Origin: Caecitellus pseudoparvulus | Taxonomy: Eukaryota > Protista > Bigyra: Bicosoecida | Direction of reading: 5' to 3' | Length of the DNA stretch: 5,777 nucleotides | NCBI GenBank assembly: GCA_965644315.1 | Contig: CBFFRQ010000125.1 | Coordinates: 1-5,777 of the forward strand | In this document: positions 1 through 5,777 of the stretch, piece by piece | Layout: each line of letters begins with the position of its first letter | How positions within the stretch are numbered: position 1 is the stretch's first letter | Translations under genes and position numbers: made by a program | The notes under the pieces: generated by a model | Database searches by the model: none | Seen by the model: only the letters and a program-made list of their open reading frames with translations | What the model was told of the DNA's origin: nothing

Positions 1-522
1 TGGCGTGGACCCTGCCCACGCACATTCGCATCCAATGCAGCACATGCCGCTGTGGCCCTGACCCTGGCACGCTGCACCGCGGCAAAACCCACCCTGACAG
101 CCAGGGACTACAGCCACAGGCCCACAGAGCCTTCGTACCGCTCCCCACACCGTCGATTTGACACTCTCCGTACACCCCACACGTTTCCACCATCATATCG
201 CGACACACCCACCCAGCCCCACTGCGCCTCATCACCCTGCATCATTCGCGGCACGCAAACATTGGCCCGACCCCCCGCCACCACTCGCAGCAACACACAC
301 CCGCACTTCACAACCACCACCACACACCCTCACGCATACACAGCACACCTGTGCTGGTCCAGCCTGCCGCACTGCCTCACATCCACACGCGCCAAGCCCT
401 CGCCCTCGCCCGACGGCACTGCACTGCACTGCACCGCCAGGCACCTGAGCAGCACCACCACACGCCTGCCCCCGCACGCCCGCACTGACCGCCCGCCTGA
501 CGCCAGCCACAACACCCCAACC
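1..522. other. C/A-rich, strand-skewed low-complexity region (upstream/intergenic, or intron-rich part of a minus-strand gene)
   Basis: Abundant CAC/ACC/CACAC words and depletion of G/T on the + strand. ORFs across it translate to T/H/P-rich (+) or V/C/G-rich (-) low-complexity peptides. Confidence 0.6.
416..434. repeat. Short tandem repeat (GCACT)3GCAC
   Basis: gcact gcact gcact gcac read directly. An adjacent (GCCCTC)2GCCC lies at 396-411. Confidence 0.8.
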
Positions 523-681
523 ATGCACACCGCAGCATCCGTGCTCCGACGCCTCCCAGCACGGGTGTGGCGGGCCACCTGTGGCTGCCCTGGAGTCACT
601 GCGGAATATGCCCTGCGCACCACCAGCGGGGCGGTGGTGTGGCCTGCTGCCCAGCCCACGCAGCCCGCGCGCTTCGCATCC
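523..681 (+). other. Putative mitochondrial targeting presequence (~51-53 aa)
   Basis: The first 53 aa contain 6 Arg and only one acidic residue (E28), are rich in Ala/Ser/Thr, and end in ARFAS-S, fitting the R-2/R-3 MPP cleavage motif. Acidic residues start immediately afterwards (SEPDAVRE). Judged by eye; no predictor was run. Confidence 0.6.
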
Positions 682-858
682 AGCGAGCCTGACGCTGTGC
701 GGGAGTCACCCGTCACTGCCAGTGACGTGCTGCCGACGCTGACTTGGTGGTCTCAACTGGACGAGAATCAGCAGGCGAAACTCCTGGAAGGGTTGGAGTG
801 GATCGATCCAGAACGCCCCTCACTCCAGACAGCACTAAACGCTCTCAAGACGCTAAGT
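523..858 (+). CDS. Exon 1 (112 codons) of a spliced gene for a putative mitochondrion-targeted P-loop NTPase
   Basis: First ATG in the 52..1032 frame (523), with A at -3 (CCAACCATGC). Composition changes here from C/A-skewed low complexity to protein-like sequence (MHTAASVLRRLPARVWR...ALNALKTLS). The exon ends on a codon boundary directly before donor GTGCGT at 859. Confidence 0.75.
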
Positions 859-932
859 GTGCGTTTGCCACTTTGCACTTTGTGCATATACATGGCATTA
901 GACGTTGAGTCGCTGTTTCCGCGTTCACACAG
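859..932 (+). other. Spliceosomal intron 1 (74 nt, phase 0)
   Basis: GTGCGT...TTCACACAG, more T-rich than the flanks. Removing it joins the 52..1032 frame to the 954..1388 frame in register (..LKTLS|TPPNVTTVRGFVLSGF..). Confidence 0.8.
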
Positions 933-1361
933 ACTCCGCCGAACGTTACGACAGTGCGAGGCTTTGTGCTCAGTGGCTTCATTGCTCAGGTCGAGCGGGA
1001 CCTGTCCTACCCTTTCCATACACCAGACATGATGGCAAACCTCATTGCCTCGCTTGCCACCTTGCCTCTGGACGACTCCTTAGCCTTGGCGGAGAATGGC
1101 GAGTTGCTGCACACCCTGGACATCGAGGCAAGGCTCCCAGACTGTAAAGTGTGGGACAGTCACTTAGCAAAGCACCTCCATAAAGCGCACAAGTCTGCAA
1201 TGTCAGCCGCTGAGGAAGACGAGCAGCTCGACGAAATTGACCACCCCGAACGTCGTGAGAAAGAAGCCCAAGCACTGCAGGTCCAGCGGAAGGTGCTGGC
1301 GGTGCTTCGCGAGCCACACCGCTTCAGGGAGACAGAGGAATCAGTCCTGAAGATTTGCAAG
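933..1361 (+). CDS. Exon 2 (143 codons); charged, probably helical region
   Basis: Open frame between CAG (930-932) and AAG|GTACGA. It translates as TPPNVTTVRGF...EESVLKICK and matches ORF 954..1388, whose TGA stop lies inside intron 2. Confidence 0.8.
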
Positions 1362-1442
1362 GTACGACTGACTCGTGACGCTGCATGAGGAGGAGGGTGC
1401 TGTTCTGTCACTCTTTCCGAGTGCAATGCTCCTGATGCACAG
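1362..1442 (+). other. Spliceosomal intron 2 (81 nt, phase 0)
   Basis: AAG|GTACGA donor, branch-point-like TCCTGAT at 1430-1436, and CACAG acceptor (same pentamer as intron 1). It contains the in-frame TGA at 1386-1388. Splicing gives ..LKICK|EHTPSEEWSILEGSGIMRTVF.., in frame with ORF 1491..3248. Confidence 0.85.
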
Positions 1443-3122
1443 GAACACACGCCAAGTGAGGAGTGGTCAATCCTGGAAGGCAGTGGCATCATGCGCACAG
1501 TATTCCACATCATTGAGAAGGAACCCGACTCCAAGGACCGGCTGAAGATTGTGACAGACTTGTGCTCCACTTCAGTGGCAAAGCTTGCGGGAAGCGACTC
1601 TGGCGCTTTGTGCAAGAAGCTCCTCCCGGACGACATGGACGACTTCCGCCGGCGGTACTTCAAGGAAGATCTCGAGCATGCCGCTCGCTCTGCCTGGTTC
1701 AACCAAAGAATCCAGTCCTGTGGTGTCGTGAACATGGGAGTTCCTCTTCGCGCCCTGCTGCTTCTCGCGACGGAGGGAAGGGAGGCAGCAGACTCGCACC
1801 TGCGCAAGGCTGGCGTCACCGACGAGGGCTTCATCCAGGACATTCTCAGCACCGACCAGGACACCCTCACCACCCTGGCCGACAACTTCGGGTGGCTTGT
1901 CCATGCGGGCGAGTTCTTCAAGGAAGCTGGGAAGGACTGTATGTACCCGCTCTGGCTCGGTCTTGAGGATCTCAAGAGCTGGACTGCGAAGAACACAACC
2001 AGCAGCGGCCCTTCAGATGGCAAACAAGTGCATGAATGGAGCACAGGGTGCTATCCTGTGCATGTTGACGGTCGGGTGCAAGCCGTCGTGCTCCGGTTGC
2101 CCACGTGGAACACCGACCTCTTTTCCCCCATTCGCGGCAAGCCTCTGCTGACCTCCCTTCCCTTTGGTGACCTGTCTGTGCGAGGACTGCGCCCAACGAC
2201 GTACGGTCTCTGCCCGATGCCGGATGACCCCCGTGACCACGAGGAGTTGGGAGTGATGACCTTCGTGCTCACACAAGACCGGGCCGACATGCTCACCAAA
2301 GTGGCACGTTCTTGCCTCAGCGAAGAACAAGGCACCATGTTGACTGGTCCGCGCGGCGTGGGCAAGTCTGCGCTGCTCCAGACTCTGGCGATGATCATCG
2401 GTATCGGAGCTGGCGGCGACGTCATGTACTTGCCGCGCTCCAGTGTGCTTGTGCCATCCGATCCGGACTTCGCCGCCCTTCCGCACAGACTCATGCATGG
2501 TGGTTTGTCACTCTCCTGTGGGCCTGCCGTGCGGAGTCCCAAGGTGTGCCACGACATTGCGTCCATCGACCTGGAAGGCGCTGATGCACACAGAGCTCTC
2601 AGCCGCTTGTTCGTGGACGGACAAGCCTCCTTTGTCAGCTACTTGGGGTTCCACCGTCCAGACGTTCTGCCCACAGGCTTAATCATTGACGATGCCGATG
2701 TTGTGCAGACCCTTCTTCGAGAGGAACCCAAGCAACATCAGGCATGGTGCAGACTGCTCCGGTGGCTGTTCAGGTGTGGGGTCAACTCAAGCAGGGTCTT
2801 CGCATACGCCCCTGACTTCCACGTTGCCATACATGACCGGCGGAAGAATTATTATGTGCAAAAGATGCTGCGCCATCGACTCGGTTTGGAGAAAGAAAAC
2901 GCTTTCGTTGAGCTGAAGGGCGTGAGTCCGAAACTCGCACACATGCTGATGCTCGGTCAGACCGAGCTCGACGACACCCCAGCTCCCACTCAGGAGATCG
3001 CAACTGCAGCAGACCTGCCAGCAGGTGTTGACTGCGACTTGCAGCTGCCAGCGTTCGCTTTGAAAGGGCTGGACTGGTCCCCCAGCATGGACACGTTCCG
3101 CAGCTTTGTTGCGTCTCTCCTT
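1443..3122 (+). CDS. Exon 3 (560 codons up to the telomere junction); contains the P-loop NTPase domain; 3'-truncated or fused to the telomere
   Basis: Uninterrupted 1.68 kb frame with Walker A and Walker B motifs. There is no stop before the telomeric repeats; the first in-frame stop is TAG at 3246-3248, inside the array. Further in-frame introns cannot be excluded. Confidence 0.85.
2337..2369 (+). other. Walker A / P-loop motif (MLT-GPRGVGKS)
   Basis: Hydrophobic strand, then GxxGxGKS (2346-2369), then a helix-like segment ALLQTLAMII. Confidence 0.9.
2679..2699 (+). other. Walker B-like motif (LIIDDAD)
   Basis: hhhDD pattern about 110 aa downstream of Walker A, typical of ASCE-division (AAA+/STAND-like) NTPases. 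Confidence 0.75.
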
Positions 3123-3123
3123 A

Positions 3124-5756
3124 GGTTAGGGTTAGGGTTAGGGTTAGGGTTAGGGTTAGCTACTCAATGCATTCTGGTTAGGGTTAGGGTTAGGGTTAGG
3201 GTTAGGGTTAGGGTTAGGGTTAGGGTTAGGGTTAGGGTTAGGGGTTAGGGTTAGGGTTAGGGTTAGGGTTAGGGTTAGGGTTAGGGTTAGGGTTAGGGTT
3301 AGGGTTAGGGTTAGGGTTAGGGTTAGGGTTAGGGTTAGGGTTAGGGTTAGGGTTAGGGTTAGGGTTAGGGTTAGGGTTAGGGTTAGGGTTAGGGTTAGGG
3401 TTAGGGTTAGGGTTAGGGTTAGGGTTAGGGTTAGGGTTAGGGTTAGGGTTAGGGTTAGGGTTAGGGTTAGGGTTAGGGTTAGGGTTAGGGTTAGGGTTAG
3501 GGTTAGGGTTAGGGTTAGGGTTAGGGTTAGGGTTAGGGTTAGGGTTAGGGTTAGGGTTAGGGTTAGGGTTAGGGTTAGGGTTAGGGTTAGGGTTAGGGTT
3601 AGGGTTAGGGTTAGGGTTAGGGTTAGGGTTAGGGTTAGGGTTAGGGTTAGGGTTAGGGTTAGGGTTAGGGTTAGGGTTAGGGTTAGGGTTAGGGTTAGGG
3701 TTAGGGTTAGGGTTAGGGTTAGGGTTAGGGTTAGGGTTAGGGTTAGGGTTAGGGTTAGGGTTAGGGTTAGGGTTAGGGTTAGGGTTAGGGTTAGGGTTAG
3801 GGTTAGGGTTAGGGTTAGGGTTAGGGTTAGGGTTAGGGTTAGGGTTAGGGTTAGGGTTAGGGTTAGGGTTAGGGTTAGGGTTAGGGTTAGGGTTAGGGTT
3901 AGGGTTAGGGTTAGGGTTAGGGTTAGGGTTAGGGTTAGGGTTAGGGTTAGGGTTAGGGTTAGGGTTAGGGTTAGGGTTAGGGTTAGGGTTAGGGTTAGGG
4001 TTAGGGTTAGGGTTAGGGTTAGGGTTAGGGTTAGGGTTAGGGTTAGGGTTAGGGTTAGGGTTAGGGTTAGGGTTAGGGTTAGGGTTAGGGTTAGGGTTAG
4101 GGTTAGGGTTAGGGTTAGGGTTAGGGTTAGGGTTAGGGTTAGGGTTAGGGTTAGGGTTAGGGTTAGGGTTAGGGTTAGGGTTAGGGTTAGGGTTAGGGTT
4201 AGGGTTAGGGTTAGGGTTAGGGTTAGGGTTAGGGTTAGGGTTAGGGTTAGGGTTAGGGTTAGGGTTAGGGTTAGGGTTAGGGTTAGGGTTAGGGTTAGGG
4301 TTAGGGTTAGGGTTAGGGTTAGGGTTAGGGTTAGGGTTAGGGTTAGGGTTAGGGTTAGGGTTAGGGTTAGGGTTAGGGTTAGGGTTAGGGTTAGGGTTAG
4401 GGTTAGGGTTAGGGTTAGGGTTAGGGTTAGGGTTAGGGTTAGGGTTAGGGTTAGGGTTAGGGTTAGGGTTAGGGTTAGGGTTAGGGTTAGGGTTAGGGTT
4501 AGGGTTAGGGTTAGGGTTAGGGTTAGGGTTAGGGTTAGGGTTAGGGTTAGGGTTAGGGTTAGGGTTAGGGTTAGGGTTAGGGTTAGGGTTAGGGTTAGGG
4601 TTAGGGTTAGGGTTAGGGTTAGGGTTAGGGTTAGGGTTAGGGTTAGGGTTAGGGTTAGGGTTAGGGTTAGGGTTAGGGTTAGGGTTAGGGTTAGGGTTAG
4701 GGTTAGGGTTAGGGTTAGGGTTAGGGTTAGGGTTAGGGTTAGGGTTAGGGTTAGGGTTAGGGTTAGGGTTAGGGTTAGGGTTAGGGTTAGGGTTAGGGTT
4801 AGGGTTAGGGTTAGGGTTAGGGTTAGGGTTAGGGTTAGGGTTAGGGTTAGGGTTAGGGTTAGGGTTAGGGTTAGGGTTAGGGTTAGGGTTAGGGTTAGGG
4901 TTAGGGTTAGGGTTAGGGTTAGGGTTAGGGTTAGGGTTAGGGTTAGGGTTAGGGTTAGGGTTAGGGTTAGGGTTAGGGTTAGGGTTAGGGTTAGGGTTAG
5001 GGTTAGGGTTAGGGTTAGGGTTAGGGTTAGGGTTAGGGTTAGGGTTAGGGTTAGGGTTAGGGTTAGGGTTAGGGTTAGGGTTAGGGTTAGGGTTAGGGTT
5101 AGGGTTAGGGTTAGGGTTAGGGTTAGGGTTAGGGTTAGGGTTAGGGTTAGGGTTAGGGTTAGGGTTAGGGTTAGGGTTAGGGTTAGGGTTAGGGTTAGGG
5201 TTAGGGTTAGGGTTAGGGTTAGGGTTAGGGTTAGGGTTAGGGTTAGGGTTAGGGTTAGGGTTAGGGTTAGGGTTAGGGTTAGGGTTAGGGTTAGGGTTAG
5301 GGTTAGGGTTAGGGTTAGGGTTAGGGTTAGGGTTAGGGTTAGGGTTAGGGTTAGGGTTAGGGTTAGGGTTAGGGTTAGGGTTAGGGTTAGGGTTAGGGTT
5401 AGGGTTAGGGTTAGGGTTAGGGTTAGGGTTAGGGTTAGGGTTAGGGTTAGGGTTAGGGTTAGGGTTAGGGTTAGGGTTAGGGTTAGGGTTAGGGTTAGGG
5501 TTAGGGTTAGGGTTAGGGTTAGGGTTAGGGTTAGGGTTAGGGTTAGGGTTAGGGTTAGGGTTAGGGTTAGGGTTAGGGTTAGGGTTAGGGTTAGGGTTAG
5601 GGTTAGGGTTAGGGTTAGGGTTAGGGTTAGGGTTAGGGTTAGGGTTAGGGTTAGGGTTAGGGTTAGGGTTAGGGTTAGGGTTAGGGTTAGGGTTAGGGTT
5701 AGGGTTAGGGTTAGGGTTAGGGTTAGGGTTAGGGTTAGGGTTAGGGTTAGGGTTAG
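3124..5756 (+). repeat. Telomeric (TTAGGG)n array, ~2.63 kb, 436 GGTTAG units; G-rich strand runs toward the end
   Basis: Read directly: (GGTTAG)6 at 3124-3159, a 16-nt insert, (GGTTAG)11 at 3176-3241, an extra G at ~3242, and (GGTTAG)419 at 3243-5756. The orientation is correct for a right chromosome end, and a sequencing adapter follows. Confidence 0.99.
3160..3175 (+). other. Non-telomeric 16-nt insert CTACTCAATGCATTCT within the proximal telomere
   Basis: Sits cleanly between two complete GGTTAG units with no repeat bases lost. Contains the 8-bp palindrome AATGCATT (3166-3173). I found no full copy elsewhere in the window on either strand. Confidence 0.9.
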
Positions 5757-5777
5757 AGCAACACGTAACTGAACGAA
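5757..5777 (+). other. Oxford Nanopore ligation adapter remnant (technical artefact)
   Basis: AGCAACACGTAACTGAACGAA matches AGCAATACGTAACTGAACGAA at 20/21 positions; this is the reverse complement of the adapter end TTCGTTCAGTTACGTATTGCT. Recognised from memory. Confidence 0.95.

Noticed and set aside
55-98. CCCTGA/CCCTGG words as degenerate C-strand telomere repeats (a nanochromosome left end)
   Set aside because: Only two or three scattered imperfect units in C-rich sequence and no CCCTAA array, so there is no evidence of a second telomere in the window.
52-522. N-terminal 157 aa of ORF 52..1032 and overlapping ORFs 108..323, 158..448, 232..528, 330..716, 377..562
   Set aside because: ORF 52 begins at GTG, not ATG. 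The peptides are low-complexity products of the C/A skew, which suppresses stop codons. ATG 523 is a much better start.
859-1032. C-terminal part of ORF 52..1032 (VRLPLCTLC...) and ORF 905..1147
   Set aside because: Explained as intron 1 read-through and out-of-frame exon 2.
1361-1490. TGA read-through or alternative genetic code linking ORF 954..1388 to 1491..3248 (same frame)
   Set aside because: A canonical 81-nt GT-AG intron with a branch-point-like motif removes the stop more simply.
2637-2643. Local template for the telomeric insert (AGCTACT here; CAATGCA at 33-39; CATTGAG at 1512-1518)
   Set aside because: Matches of only 7 nt are expected by chance in 3 kb.
2337-2699. Assigning the gene symbol DAP3/mS29 or RHS
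   Set aside because: Resemblance is limited to generic P-loop motif spacing, which is insufficient without a profile search.
1042-3003. Minus-strand ORFs (1160..2044, 2013..2498, 2051..2566, etc.) and alternative-frame + ORFs
   Set aside because: Shadow ORFs of a GC-rich coding region with no recognisable motifs; the + frame carries the Walker motifs.
3124-3241. Repeat-spacer-repeat arrangement as CRISPR-like
   Set aside because: Hexameric telomere repeats with a single 16-nt interruption in a eukaryotic context; no CRISPR repeat structure or cas genes.
5757-5777. Unique sequence distal to the telomere as a novel cap, interstitial junction or retroelement end
   Set aside because: It matches the nanopore ligation adapter at 20/21 nt.

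Overview
Right-hand end of a eukaryotic (GC-rich, short-intron, probably protist-like) chromosome or contig. Bases 1-522 are a C/A-skewed low-complexity region. Bases 523-~3123 hold one spliced + strand gene that the ORF track shows as three separate ORFs: exons 523-858, 933-1361 and 1443-junction, with two phase-0 GT-AG introns of 74 and 81 nt. It encodes about 815 aa with a mitochondrial-presequence-like N-terminus and a P-loop NTPase domain (Walker A GPRGVGKS, Walker B LIIDDAD). The frame never reaches its own stop and runs directly into a ~2.63 kb (TTAGGG)n telomere (3124-5756) with no subtelomere, which looks like de novo telomere addition inside a gene. The array parses as (GGTTAG)6 + a unique 16-nt insert CTACTCAATGCATTCT + (GGTTAG)11 + G + (GGTTAG)419. 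Every junction and the terminus share the GGTTAG register, so the insert may be telomerase template-boundary read-through that records part of the telomerase RNA (hypothesis). The last 21 nt (5757-5777) are an untrimmed Oxford Nanopore ligation adapter.
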